From contig CALHIP010000026.1 in NCBI GenBank assembly GCA_938030745.1, positions 16,404-80,403 of the forward strand: DNA of 64,000 nt. The letters are read 5' to 3'. How positions within the stretch are numbered: the stretch's first letter is position 1; every line of letters starts with the position of its first letter. The translations under genes were made by a program, and so were the position numbers. The notes beneath the pieces were generated by a model. That model was given only the letters and a program-made list of their open reading frames with translations. It searched no databases and was not told where the DNA came from. This document shows, one piece after another, positions 37,940-47,884 of this stretch. The DNA comes from an uncultured Patescibacteria group bacterium. GTDB taxonomy: Bacteria; Patescibacteriota; Patescibacteriia; UBA2591; CALHIP01.

Positions 37940-39106
37940 TTAGCGCATATAGATATAACCAATAATTCGCCAGTCATTGATATTTATTTCTCTTCGATTA
38001 ACTTTCCAAGGACCTAAGTAATTCATTTCTGAAATAACAATAGTATTATCTTTTACTTCTTCAACTAAAGCAACATGACCATACCAGGTATTTACACCTC
38101 TCAAAGAGACAATTGCACCAACCTTAGGTTCTTTACCAATTGAATAACCATATTTCTGAGCATTAGCTAACCATGATTTAGCATGACCAGCCCAAGGGAT
38201 ACAATATTTTTGAGCAATATACCAAGTACATTGACCAGGATAAAAATTTCGACAATTTTCACCCTTCCTTTCTGTTTGGCCAAGTTCAGAGAGCCAGATT
38301 TTTTCTTTTTTAACAAAAACTCTTGGAGTTGGCGGTGGTGGTGGAATTTTTCCTTCAGGAATGATAATAATATCTCCAACTTTTAATGGTTCTTCATCTA
38401 AATTATTAAAATTGATAATATCTTCTTTATTAGCCTGATAAAGTTTAGCGATTTTTTCTACTGTATCACCTGGTTTTACCTTATGGGAGACACCTGAAAT
38501 TGGTAAAATTCTTAAGACTTGACCAGGTCTAATAACCGAATAAGGACTTAAATTATTCTCCCATAAAATAGTATTGACAGAAACACCAAACTCTTCAGCA
38601 ATTGAGGAAATTGTATCGCCTTTTTCAACAATATATTTTTCAATCTCTGTCCTCGTTGGAATAAATTTTTGATCTAAAGTAACAAAGGGTTTTAAAACTG
38701 CTTCTTCAGATTTTACTTCTTCAGAAGCAATTTCAAAATTAGAAGAGCCATTTTCTTTTAAAATTGTTTGGCTAAAGAAATCTGTTTGAGCTGAGACTTT
38801 TGTTTCAAAAAAAACAAGGATAAAAATTAAAAAGAAACAAATTAAAATTAGAATCCTTTGATTAAAGAAAGAAAAAATTTTGGTTCGGTAATAAAAGTTT
38901 GATAAATTTTCTTCTAAAATTTTTTTTACTTTTCGATAAAATGGTAGGATAAGTAAAATAATAAATTTGATAAACAAAAAAAGAAATATTTCCAAAAACT
39001 TGCCAATTTTTTTGAAAATCAAAAAAGCAAGAACTTGTGCTTTTTTAAATAAATTGATTAAAATAAGGGTTGCCTTAATTTTAAATTTTAACAACCGATC
39101 TTTCAT
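37940..39106 (-). CDS. Membrane-anchored peptidoglycan hydrolase: two LysM domains plus C-terminal CHAP amidase/peptidase
   Basis: YIVEKGDTISSIAEEFGV and HKVKPGDTVEKIAKLY are LysM repeats. C…GQCTWYIAQ…WYGHVALVEEV is the CHAP Cys/His pair. Confidence 0.75.
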   Translation of the reverse strand: MKDRLLKFKIKATLILINLFKKAQVLAFLIFKKIGKFLEIFLFLFIKFIILLILPFYRKVKKILEENLSNFYYRTKIFSFFNQRILILICFFLIFILVFFETKVSAQTDFFSQTILKENGSSNFEIASEEVKSEEAVLKPFVTLDQKFIPTRTEIEKYIVEKGDTISSIAEEFGVSVNTILWENNLSPYSVIRPGQVLRILPISGVSHKVKPGDTVEKIAKLYQANKEDIINFNNLDEEPLKVGDIIIIPEGKIPPPPPTPRVFVKKEKIWLSELGQTERKGENCRNFYPGQCTWYIAQKYCIPWAGHAKSWLANAQKYGYSIGKEPKVGAIVSLRGVNTWYGHVALVEEVKDNTIVISEMNYLGPWKVNRREININDWRIIGYIYMR

Positions 39107-39177
39107 TTTATTTTAGCGAAAATATTATCTTTTTCTATTTTAGAAGAAATTTCTAAATAAGTCAAGGGTAATTCAAC

Positions 39178-39206
39178 TTGAAAGAATGGAAAAAAATAAT
39201 TAAAAT
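39178..39206 (+). promoter_or_regulatory. Sigma70-type promoter: TTGAAA (39178-39183), 17 nt, TAAAAT (39201-39206), upstream of glgA
   Basis: Read directly. ATG at 39219. Confidence 0.45.
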
Positions 39207-39218
39207 TAATTAACAATT

Positions 39219-40700
39219 ATGGCAAATAAATTAAAGGTAGTTTCTCTCTCAGCAGAATTAGAACCATTTGCTAAAACGGGTGGTTTAGGTGATGTTGCTC
39301 TTTATTTGCCGAAAGAATTAATTCGAAAAAAACAGGAGGTGATTTGTCTTTCTCCTTATTATGGTTTTATTAAAGATAATTTTTCAAAAGTTTTCGAATC
39401 AGAAATAAGAATTGATGACCAGGTATTTAAAACATCTCTTTTTAAAACAGAAATTATTAAAAGATTGCCGAAGCCTTTAAATATTTATTTGATTTGGCAA
39501 GAAAATTTTTTTTCAAAAAGAGAAAAAATTTATGATTATCCCGATGATGGTCCTGCCTTTTATTTTTTTTGCTATAGTTCTTTATATTTCTTAGAAGAAT
39601 ACTTTATTAAAAAATTAAATTTTTTACCCGACATCTTACATTGTCATGATTGGCATACAGGTCTTATTCCATTTTTGATTAAAAATAAATTATTTTTAAA
39701 AGATCAAAAAGTTGCCACTCTCTTTACGATCCATAATATGGCCTATCAAGGTCCCCATGGATTAAGAGCAAAATTTGTTCCTCCAGAAAAAAGAGATAAT
39801 GGTAAAAATCCTTTGCCAAAAATTTATGAAAAAGAGAAATGGAATCTTGTTAATTTTTTAAAAAGAGGAATTCTTTTTGCTGATTCAATCAATACTGTAA
39901 GTGAAAGATATCGAGAGGAAATTTTAACCCCTGAATTTGGTGAGGGTTTAGAAAAATATCTTAAAATCAGAGAAAAAGATCTTTATGGAATTATCAATGG
40001 TATTGATTATTCTGTCCATAATCCAAGTGTTGATAAAAATATCTATTTTAATTATGATTGGCATTCTTTAGATAAAAAAATAAAAAATAAAATTGCCTTT
40101 CAAAAAGAATTCGGTTTAGAAGAAAATCAAAATCTTCCTTTAATTGGTTTAACCCATCGCCTAACTGAACAAAAGGGATTTGATTTAATTATTAAAATTT
40201 TACCAACTCTTTTAAAGATGGATCTTCAAATAGTAATGATTGGCTCTGGTAAGAAAGAATATGAAAAATATTTTGAAAAGATGTCTTTTCGCTATCCAAA
40301 AAAAATTGCTTATTTAAAACCATTTTCAGAAGTTTTAGAGTCAAAAATTTACGCTGCTTCTGATCTTTTTTTATTACCTTCTCGTTTTGAGCCATGTGGG
40401 ATTTCTCAATTAAAGAGTTTAAGATATGGTTCAATTCCAATTGTCAGAAAAGTCGGAGGATTGTCTCAAACAGTCTTTGATTGGAATCCAATTAAAGAAG
40501 AAGGAAATGGTTTCGTTTTCCTAAATTGGGATGAGCATGAATTATTAGTTGCTATAGCCAGAGCAATTGAATCTTTTAAATATAAAGAAAAATGGAACAA
40601 ACTAGTCAAAAAAGCAATGAGACAGGTTTTTTCCTGGGATTTACCAGCCTCAAAATATCTTGAATTATACAAAAAAACTATAAATAAATTAAAAATTTAA
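39219..40700 (+). CDS. glgA: Glycogen/starch synthase (GT5)
   Basis: KVVSLSAELEPFAKTGGLGDVALYLPKEL is the canonical K-x-GGL N-terminus. 493 aa. Confidence 0.85.
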   Translation: MANKLKVVSLSAELEPFAKTGGLGDVALYLPKELIRKKQEVICLSPYYGFIKDNFSKVFESEIRIDDQVFKTSLFKTEIIKRLPKPLNIYLIWQENFFSKREKIYDYPDDGPAFYFFCYSSLYFLEEYFIKKLNFLPDILHCHDWHTGLIPFLIKNKLFLKDQKVATLFTIHNMAYQGPHGLRAKFVPPEKRDNGKNPLPKIYEKEKWNLVNFLKRGILFADSINTVSERYREEILTPEFGEGLEKYLKIREKDLYGIINGIDYSVHNPSVDKNIYFNYDWHSLDKKIKNKIAFQKEFGLEENQNLPLIGLTHRLTEQKGFDLIIKILPTLLKMDLQIVMIGSGKKEYEKYFEKMSFRYPKKIAYLKPFSEVLESKIYAASDLFLLPSRFEPCGISQLKSLRYGSIPIVRKVGGLSQTVFDWNPIKEEGNGFVFLNWDEHELLVAIARAIESFKYKEKWNKLVKKAMRQVFSWDLPASKYLELYKKTINKLKI

Positions 40701-40704
40701 ATTT

Positions 40705-41925
40705 ATGGTTTGGTCTCCATTTTTACATCTTTATCAACCACCCTGGCAAAAAAAAGAAATTTTTGAAAAAATTGTTAAAGAATCTTATCTGCCAATTTTA
40801 GATATTTTAGAAAGAAATAAAAAGGCAAAAATTACTTTAAATATTTGTGGTAGCCTAACCGAACTTTTGGTTAAATATAATTTTGAAAAAATTTTAGAAA
40901 GAATAAAAAAATTGGCAGAAAGCAAAAGAATTGAATTAGTTGGTTCAGCAAAATATCATCCAATTTTACCTCTTTTACCAAAGTCAGAAGTTGTTCGTCA
41001 AATTAAATTAAATGAAGATTTAAATCGAAAATATTTTAAAAAAATTTGGTCTTTAAGACCAAAAGGATTTTTCTTACCGGAGATGGCTTATGATAAAAAA
41101 ACGGCTAAAATTATTGAATCGATTGGTTATCAATACTTAGTTTTAGATGAAATTGCTTATTCAGGAAGAATTGGTAAAGTTAGTTTTGAAAAAAGATATA
41201 AAATTAAGGATTTAAAATTAAAAGTTATTTTTCGGAACCGAGGACTTTCTGATATTTTCTATACTGGTTGGCTCGATTCAGAAGAAAAATTTTGGCAAGC
41301 CTTAAAACATGATAACAGATCTAATAATTTTTTAATTACTGCTTTTGATGGTGAAAACTTAGGTCATCATAAACCAGGTAGCGAAAAAATATTTGAAATT
41401 TTATTAAAAAAAATAAAAACTTTAACTTTCTCTGAATTATTAAAAACTTATCAAAAAGAAGAAATTGTTGAACCTGTTTCATCTTCTTGGGCTTCAAGGA
41501 AAGAAGAAATAAAAGAAAAAATTTTTTTCCCTCTTTGGTTTCATCCGAAAAATAAGATTCATCAACTTCAGTGGCAACTTACCTATTTAGTAATTAAAAA
41601 AATCGAAAAATCAAAAAAAGACAAAAATTATAAAAAAGCAAGAGAAGAACTTGATAAGGCCCTTAACTCTTGTCAATATTGGTGGGCATCAGCTACCCCT
41701 TGGTGGTCAACTGAAATTGTTTCAGCAGGAGCAGAAAAATTAATTTTGGTTTTAAAAAATTTAAAAAAAATAGATAAAAAGATTTTAAAGAAAGGAGAAA
41801 ATTTAAAAAACAAAATAATTTCAACTGCTTTAGAATGGCAAAATTCTGGTCTAGCTGAAAAATTAAAAAATAATTATCTGAAAGGTCAATCAATAAGATA
41901 TTTTGGCGGAAAAATTTTAAAATAA
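40705..41925 (+). CDS. GH57-family alpha-glucan-active enzyme (branching enzyme/4-alpha-glucanotransferase-like), paralog 1
   Basis: The N-terminal FLHLYQPPWQ (HQP motif) and the catalytic region AFDGENLGHHKPG. Confidence 0.6.
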   Translation: MVWSPFLHLYQPPWQKKEIFEKIVKESYLPILDILERNKKAKITLNICGSLTELLVKYNFEKILERIKKLAESKRIELVGSAKYHPILPLLPKSEVVRQIKLNEDLNRKYFKKIWSLRPKGFFLPEMAYDKKTAKIIESIGYQYLVLDEIAYSGRIGKVSFEKRYKIKDLKLKVIFRNRGLSDIFYTGWLDSEEKFWQALKHDNRSNNFLITAFDGENLGHHKPGSEKIFEILLKKIKTLTFSELLKTYQKEEIVEPVSSSWASRKEEIKEKIFFPLWFHPKNKIHQLQWQLTYLVIKKIEKSKKDKNYKKAREELDKALNSCQYWWASATPWWSTEIVSAGAEKLILVLKNLKKIDKKILKKGENLKNKIISTALEWQNSGLAEKLKNNYLKGQSIRYFGGKILK

Positions 41926-41935
41926 TTTTGAAAGT

Positions 41936-43864
41936 ATGCTTTTCTCAATTCTTTTACATTTTTATCAACCACATTTTCAGCAAAAGGATATTTTAGAAAG
42001 GGTAGTTAATGAAAGTTATCGGAAAATTATAAAAATTTTAAAAGAAACTAAAGGGAAAATCACAATTAATATTAATGCTGGTTTACTAGAAATTTTAGAA
42101 AAGAATGGATATTCCGATATTATAAATGATCTTAAATTATTAGCTAAAAATAATCAAATTGAGTTCACCTCAACAGCTGCCTATCATGCTTTCTTGCCAC
42201 TTTTACCAGAACCAGAGATCAAAAGACAAATTTTAATTAATAATCGAATTTTAAAAAAATATTTCGGCAAATTTTATCAACCAAAAGGTTTTTTCTCGCC
42301 TGAATTGGCTTATGATTTTAAAGTAGCAAAAATTGCTAAAAAAATGGGTTTTAAATATATTTTAGCCGAGGAATTAGCTTCACCGATCAAACAAAATTTT
42401 GAAAAAATTTATCAAATTAAAAATCTAAAAGACTTCTATATCATTTTTCGAAATAAAAGAATTTCTGTTTTAATTTTATCAGCTATTTTAAGAAATATTT
42501 ATTCATTAAAAGAAGAATTAAAAGATGATTTAAAAAGAGATTGTTATCTATTAGCAATTATGGATGCTGAGACATTTGGCCATCATCGACCAGGTCTAGA
42601 GAATTTTTTAAGAGAAATTTTAAAAGATAGAACGATTAAGAAGGTTAAAACTTCACAAATTTTAGAAAAATTTAAGAGTAAAGAAAAAATTGAACCAAGG
42701 GCCTGTACTTGGGCTTCTTCAGAACAAGATTTTTGGTTGGCAAAAGAAAAAAAATTTGTTAAGACCAACCCATTTATTTTATGGCAACATCCTAAAAATC
42801 CAATTCATCAATATCAATGGCAATTTACTTATTTTATTATTGACCAGGTAAATAAATACAAGAAATCAAGGAAAGAGCTTGATCGAGCTCTTTGTTCTGA
42901 TCAATATTGGTGGGCTTCGGCTATGCCTTGGTGGTCTTTAGAGATGATTGAACAAGGAATATATAATTTTAAAAAAATCGCTTTCTCTTTACCTGATAAA
43001 AGGGTTCATCAGAAGGCAGAAAAATATTATCAAGAGATTTTAAAGATTGCTTTTAAATGGCAAAGAGAAGGGAAAATTAGAGATATTTATCGAGAATTTC
43101 ATAAAACTGTTAAGAAAATACCTTTTAAAAAAAGAACTTCAAAAGAATGGTATAATTTAATTATTTTAGAATTTGAAGATGAAATGAGAAAAGCAATTGA
43201 AAATTTAGAATTTGAAAAAGCAATTAAATGGCGAGATGCAATTTATAAATTAAAAGAGGAAACCGATATTTACGATGTTTTACATGTTGTTGATGATTTA
43301 AGAATAACAAGACAATTACCATCTTTAAAATCATTTTTCGAGCACTCAATAGATGAATTTTCTAATTTAGCAAGAAGATCATTTAAAGAATTTTCTGTTA
43401 AAAAATTTAAAAAAGAACAGCCAGCTAGACTAAAAGAATCAATTAAAAAAGCATTTTTTGAAAAAAAATTAGGACCATTAGGTTTTTCTTCCGATGAAAA
43501 AGGTAATTTTTATCTTTGTGAGTTTCCTTCAAGAGAAATAAAATTTTATTTAAATGATGGCTGGAATAGTTTTTCTGGTGCCTGTTTTTATAAAGAAGGA
43601 ATTTACGGAAGTAAAGACCAATGTCAATATAAAGTCAAAGATAAAAAAATAAGAATCGAATTAAAAAAAGATAGTTTTCTAAATTGGTTTTTAAATTTTC
43701 TAAAAGGAATTGATAAAGATAAAGGAAAAAATTTAAAATTAGCAATTTTAAGAGAACAAAACAATTGGCGTCCTGAATTTTTTAAAAAAAATAAATTTAT
43801 TGAAATTCCATATTCTCAATATTTTGCTTTTAAATTTAAAATTAACGGCTTTAAATTATGCTGA
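41936..43864 (+). CDS. GH57-family paralog 2 with C-terminal extension containing a UvrB/UvrC-like UVR motif
   Basis: LLHFYQPHFQ…AIMDAETFGHHRPG is the GH57 core. IILEFEDEMRKAIENLEFEKAIKWRDAIYKLKEE matches the UVR helical hairpin (…NLEFEEAARLRDEI…). Confidence 0.6.
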   Translation: MLFSILLHFYQPHFQQKDILERVVNESYRKIIKILKETKGKITININAGLLEILEKNGYSDIINDLKLLAKNNQIEFTSTAAYHAFLPLLPEPEIKRQILINNRILKKYFGKFYQPKGFFSPELAYDFKVAKIAKKMGFKYILAEELASPIKQNFEKIYQIKNLKDFYIIFRNKRISVLILSAILRNIYSLKEELKDDLKRDCYLLAIMDAETFGHHRPGLENFLREILKDRTIKKVKTSQILEKFKSKEKIEPRACTWASSEQDFWLAKEKKFVKTNPFILWQHPKNPIHQYQWQFTYFIIDQVNKYKKSRKELDRALCSDQYWWASAMPWWSLEMIEQGIYNFKKIAFSLPDKRVHQKAEKYYQEILKIAFKWQREGKIRDIYREFHKTVKKIPFKKRTSKEWYNLIILEFEDEMRKAIENLEFEKAIKWRDAIYKLKEETDIYDVLHVVDDLRITRQLPSLKSFFEHSIDEFSNLARRSFKEFSVKKFKKEQPARLKESIKKAFFEKKLGPLGFSSDEKGNFYLCEFPSREIKFYLNDGWNSFSGACFYKEGIYGSKDQCQYKVKDKKIRIELKKDSFLNWFLNFLKGIDKDKGKNLKLAILREQNNWRPEFFKKNKFIEIPYSQYFAFKFKINGFKLC

Positions 43865-44886
43865 TTAATCTTAAAAAGAAAATAAAAAAAATAAAAAAAT
43901 TAATTGATCCAAATTTTGTAAAAAATATTTTTTCTAAAAGAATTAAAAATTATTATCCTGAAGCTAAAAAAATTGAAAAAGTTGAGGTTGAAATTTTAAG
44001 AAATTTTTTAGGTAAATTTAAAAACTTAACCTTAAGATATAAATTATTTTTAGATTCGAAAAAAAGAAAAATTATTTTAGGTAAAGCAAATAAATTGCAT
44101 GATAATCCAAAAAGGTGGTTTAAATCAGCAAAGATATTAGAAAAAAATAATTTTAAAGAAATACCAAAGGTTTTAGATTATCTTCCTTCTTTTAATTTAG
44201 TTTTATATGAAGAAGAAAAAGGAGAAAGTCTTCAGGATTTATTAATTAAAAAAAGAACCAAAGAAATTTTAGAATCTTTACCACAAATTGCTTCTTTTTT
44301 AAAGAAACTTCACTCTTTAAAGATAAAAAAAATTTTACCAATTAAAAATAAAAAAGAGGAAAATAAGGAACATCGCCACTGGCTTTTCTTAATTAAAAAA
44401 TGTAGCCCAAGATTTCTAAAAAGATTTAAAAAAATTTATTATAATTTTAAAAGAATTAAAGAAAAAAATAAAAAGATTTTTCTTAAAGAAAAAGAATATT
44501 CGATTGTTCATGGAGATTTTCATTTTGGTAACATTATTTTTTCTAATAAAAAAATAAAAATTATTGATTTCGGTGATGTTCATTTTTATGATCCTTTAGA
44601 TGACATAGCTAGATTTTTAGTTCAGGCAGAATCAATGCTTGATTATTATCGACCAAAAAATTTCTTAAAGATTAAAAAAAAGATTGAAAACTTATTTTTG
44701 GGAAAATATTTTCAAAAAGAATTAAAGAAAGAAGAAGAAATAAAAATAAGAATTTTTAAAATCAGAAATCTTTTACAAATGGCAGCAATTTTGTCATTTG
44801 TTATTTGGCCAAAAAAAGATAAATTTTTAGCTGTAAAAAAATCTCTTGATTTAGCTGAAAAAGAAATGAATTATTTTCGTAATTAG
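43858..44886 (+). CDS. APH/choline-kinase-family phosphotransferase (candidate sugar/maltose kinase)
   Basis: Brenner motif IVHGDFHFGNIIF and IIDFGDVHFYDPLDD. Confidence 0.6.
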   Translation: MLINLKKKIKKIKKLIDPNFVKNIFSKRIKNYYPEAKKIEKVEVEILRNFLGKFKNLTLRYKLFLDSKKRKIILGKANKLHDNPKRWFKSAKILEKNNFKEIPKVLDYLPSFNLVLYEEEKGESLQDLLIKKRTKEILESLPQIASFLKKLHSLKIKKILPIKNKKEENKEHRHWLFLIKKCSPRFLKRFKKIYYNFKRIKEKNKKIFLKEKEYSIVHGDFHFGNIIFSNKKIKIIDFGDVHFYDPLDDIARFLVQAESMLDYYRPKNFLKIKKKIENLFLGKYFQKELKKEEEIKIRIFKIRNLLQMAAILSFVIWPKKDKFLAVKKSLDLAEKEMNYFRN

Positions 44887-44900
44887 TGTATAATAGTTTT

Positions 44901-45815
44901 ATGAAAAATGAAATTAGAAAACATTATTTTTTAGATAAATATGTAATCATTACTCCTGGCCGAGCTAAAAGACCAAAAGGAACAATTGCTAAAGCGGTAA
45001 TTATTCCTGAAAGAACTTGTCCATTTTGTCCAGATAAAATTGAAAAAGATTTGATAATTAAGGGTTATCCAAGTTTAAAAAATTGGCGCTATTTAGCTTT
45101 ATTAAATAAATATCCAGTTGTAACCCTAGATAACCAGAAAGCCTATGGTCAGCATGAAGTAATTGTTGAGACTCCGAGTCATTTAAAAGAACTTGCCCAA
45201 TTTAAAGTTGAAGAACTAGTTGGTCTTTTAGAGGTTTATAAAGATCGAACAAAAGAATTAGCAAAAATAAAAGATATTGAATATATTCTGATTTTTAAAA
45301 ATGAAGGTGGAAAAGCAGGAGCGACTTTAATTCATGCTCATTCCCAAGTTTTTGCTTCAAAGATTTTACCACCCGATGTTGTTGAAGAACAAACAGCGAT
45401 AAGAAAATATAAAGCAGAAAAAGGTATTTGTCCTTATTGTCATATTTTAAAAAAAGAAGAAAAAGGTCCAAGAAGAATTTTTTCTAATAAAGAAGTAGTT
45501 GCCTTTTGTCCTTATGCTTCTCAGTACCATTATGAAGCCTGGATTTTACCAAGAAGACATGTTGATAATATTGTTGATTTAACAAAAAAAGAGACAATTT
45601 CTTTTGCTCTTGCTCTTAAAAAAATTCTTGTTAAAATTTTTACTTTAAATTTAGAATACAATTTCTTTCTCCACCAAATTGTTCATGATCCCGATCAGCA
45701 TTTTTTTTTAAAAATCCAACCTCGCGAAGCAACTTGGGGTGGTATTGAACTTGGTTCAGGTATTGTTGTTAATTCTTTATCACCTGAGAAAGCAGCTCAA
45801 TTTTATCGAAAATAA
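44901..45815 (+). CDS. GalT-like HIT-family nucleotidyl(hexose-1-phosphate) transferase
   Basis: Zinc knuckle CPFCPDK…, the HxHxQ motif LIHAHSQVF, and a duplicated half-HIT architecture. An alternative GTG start at 44886 exists. Confidence 0.7.
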   Translation: MKNEIRKHYFLDKYVIITPGRAKRPKGTIAKAVIIPERTCPFCPDKIEKDLIIKGYPSLKNWRYLALLNKYPVVTLDNQKAYGQHEVIVETPSHLKELAQFKVEELVGLLEVYKDRTKELAKIKDIEYILIFKNEGGKAGATLIHAHSQVFASKILPPDVVEEQTAIRKYKAEKGICPYCHILKKEEKGPRRIFSNKEVVAFCPYASQYHYEAWILPRRHVDNIVDLTKKETISFALALKKILVKIFTLNLEYNFFLHQIVHDPDQHFFLKIQPREATWGGIELGSGIVVNSLSPEKAAQFYRK

Positions 45816-45820
45816 ACCTT

Positions 45821-47833
45821 TTATATCTCTCCTTTTAATATTTCATATACCTCTAATATATCACCAATCTTTATCTCTTCAGTTCCTTCATATTTAATTC
45901 CGCATTCTTGGCCTTCATTTGCTTCTTTAGCTTCGATTCTATTAATTTGTAATTCAGATAATTTTCCCTCGGCAATAATTTCATTATTTCGCCAAAGATA
46001 GACCTTCGTTTGTGGTTTAATTTTTCCTTCTAAAACCTTACCTCCAATAATAGAATAATTTTTTTCTTTTCTAAAAACCGCAATAATCTTTACTTTACCA
46101 ATTAAAATTTCTTTTATCTTTGATCCAACAATTTTTTTTATTTCTTTTTTTACCTCATCAATTAAGTCATAAATTATTGGCGAAGTAATAATTCTTACAT
46201 TCCTTTCCTGGGCTAATTTTTCTGCTTCAGTTAAAACATCAACATTAAAGCCAAGAATTATTGCTTCACTTTTTTCTGCCTCTAAAACATCAATTTCATT
46301 TATTGATCTTAAACCCGACCTAATAAATTTAATTTTTATTTCTTCCGTCTCTAATTTTTTTATTGCTTCAGTTAACGCTTCTAATCCACCGATAACATCA
46401 GCTTTAATAACTAAATTGATTGACTTTATTTCTTCGTCTTTTGTATGTTTGGTAAAAGATTGTTCTTTAATTAAAACTTCTTCTGGTTTAAAATAAACCT
46501 TTTTTGCTTTCCTTCTTATTTCTTTAATTTCTTTTTCCGTTTTTACTTCTAAAATATCGCCAACAATTGGTAGACTTTTAAAACCAATAATTTGAACTGG
46601 TGTTCCAGGTAAAACTTCTTTAACCTTTTCACCTAACCAATTTTTAAGTAATCTTACTTTTCCATAAGTTTCGCCAACAATAAAAGAATCACCTATTTTT
46701 AATCGACCAGCATGAATAATTACAGTTGCTACTGGTCCTTCACCTTTATCTAAATGAGCTTCAATAATTGTTCCGATTGCTGGTCGATCTTGATTGGCCA
46801 TTAATTTTTCTTTTTCCATTTCTGCAACTAATAAAATTAAATCTAAAAGTTCATTGATTCCTTGACCAGTTTTTGCTGAGACTTCACAACAAATTGTTTT
46901 GCCACCCCACTCCTCAGGTGTTAAATTCAATTCGGTTAATTGTTTCTTTATTCTTTCTGGATCTGCTTCTGGCTTATCGATTTTGTTAATAGCAACAATA
47001 AAGGGAATTTTTTCTTTTTGAATAATTTTTAAAGATTCAATTGTTTGCTCTTTGATTCCATCATCAGCAGCAACAACCAAAATGGCAATATCAGCAACCT
47101 GTCCTCCTCTTGCTCTCATCATTTTAAAAGCTTCATGGCCAGGCGTATCAATAAAAGTAATCTTTTTTTTCTCTATATCTTTTTCTTTTTTATTCCATTC
47201 AACTTGATAGGCACCAATTTTTTGGGTAATTGCTCCTGGTTCTTGGGCTGCAACTTTTGTTTTGCGAATAAAATCAAGTAAAGAAGTTTTACCATGATCA
47301 ACATGGCCCATTACAACAATAATTGGTGGTCTTGGTTTTAATAATTTTTTATCTTCCTCTTTTAATAATTCTTCTAATTTTTCCTTAATTTTAATTATTC
47401 TTTCTTCTTCAATTTTCTCTTCAGTTTCTTTTTCGACATTAAAACCTAATTGTTCAGAAATAATTGCTGCAATTTCAAAATCTAAATTATCATTAATTGT
47501 TGCTAAAACTCCATTTTTAATTAATTGTTGAATTACCTTTGTGACTGGTAAATTCAATTTTTCAGCTAATTGATGGACAGTTACTATTTTCGGCAGAGTA
47601 ATTTTCCTTTCTTTTTTGATTTCTTTTTTAGTTATTCTTTCCTTTAATTTTTCTAAATATTTTCTTCTTTCTTCTTCTCTTTTTCTTGCCCACCATGCCT
47701 CAATGACTTTTTTTGCTTGATCGTCAGGAATCTGAATAGCTTTTGGTCCAATATCAAAGCCGAGCTCTGGCAATTTTTCTTTGAGCTCTTTTGTGGTAAC
47801 TTTTAATTTGCGAGCGAGTTCTGTTATATTCAT
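45821..47833 (-). CDS. infB: Translation initiation factor IF-2
   Basis: [15 protein letters not shown]…DTPGHEAF…NKIDK. Confidence 0.95.
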   Translation of the reverse strand: MNITELARKLKVTTKELKEKLPELGFDIGPKAIQIPDDQAKKVIEAWWARKREEERRKYLEKLKERITKKEIKKERKITLPKIVTVHQLAEKLNLPVTKVIQQLIKNGVLATINDNLDFEIAAIISEQLGFNVEKETEEKIEEERIIKIKEKLEELLKEEDKKLLKPRPPIIVVMGHVDHGKTSLLDFIRKTKVAAQEPGAITQKIGAYQVEWNKKEKDIEKKKITFIDTPGHEAFKMMRARGGQVADIAILVVAADDGIKEQTIESLKIIQKEKIPFIVAINKIDKPEADPERIKKQLTELNLTPEEWGGKTICCEVSAKTGQGINELLDLILLVAEMEKEKLMANQDRPAIGTIIEAHLDKGEGPVATVIIHAGRLKIGDSFIVGETYGKVRLLKNWLGEKVKEVLPGTPVQIIGFKSLPIVGDILEVKTEKEIKEIRRKAKKVYFKPEEVLIKEQSFTKHTKDEEIKSINLVIKADVIGGLEALTEAIKKLETEEIKIKFIRSGLRSINEIDVLEAEKSEAIILGFNVDVLTEAEKLAQERNVRIITSPIIYDLIDEVKKEIKKIVGSKIKEILIGKVKIIAVFRKEKNYSIIGGKVLEGKIKPQTKVYLWRNNEIIAEGKLSELQINRIEAKEANEGQECGIKYEGTEEIKIGDILEVYEILKGEI

Positions 47834-47884
47834 AACTAAAAAAAATCATATTCTTATTTAATGATTTTGTCAAATAAAAAATTT

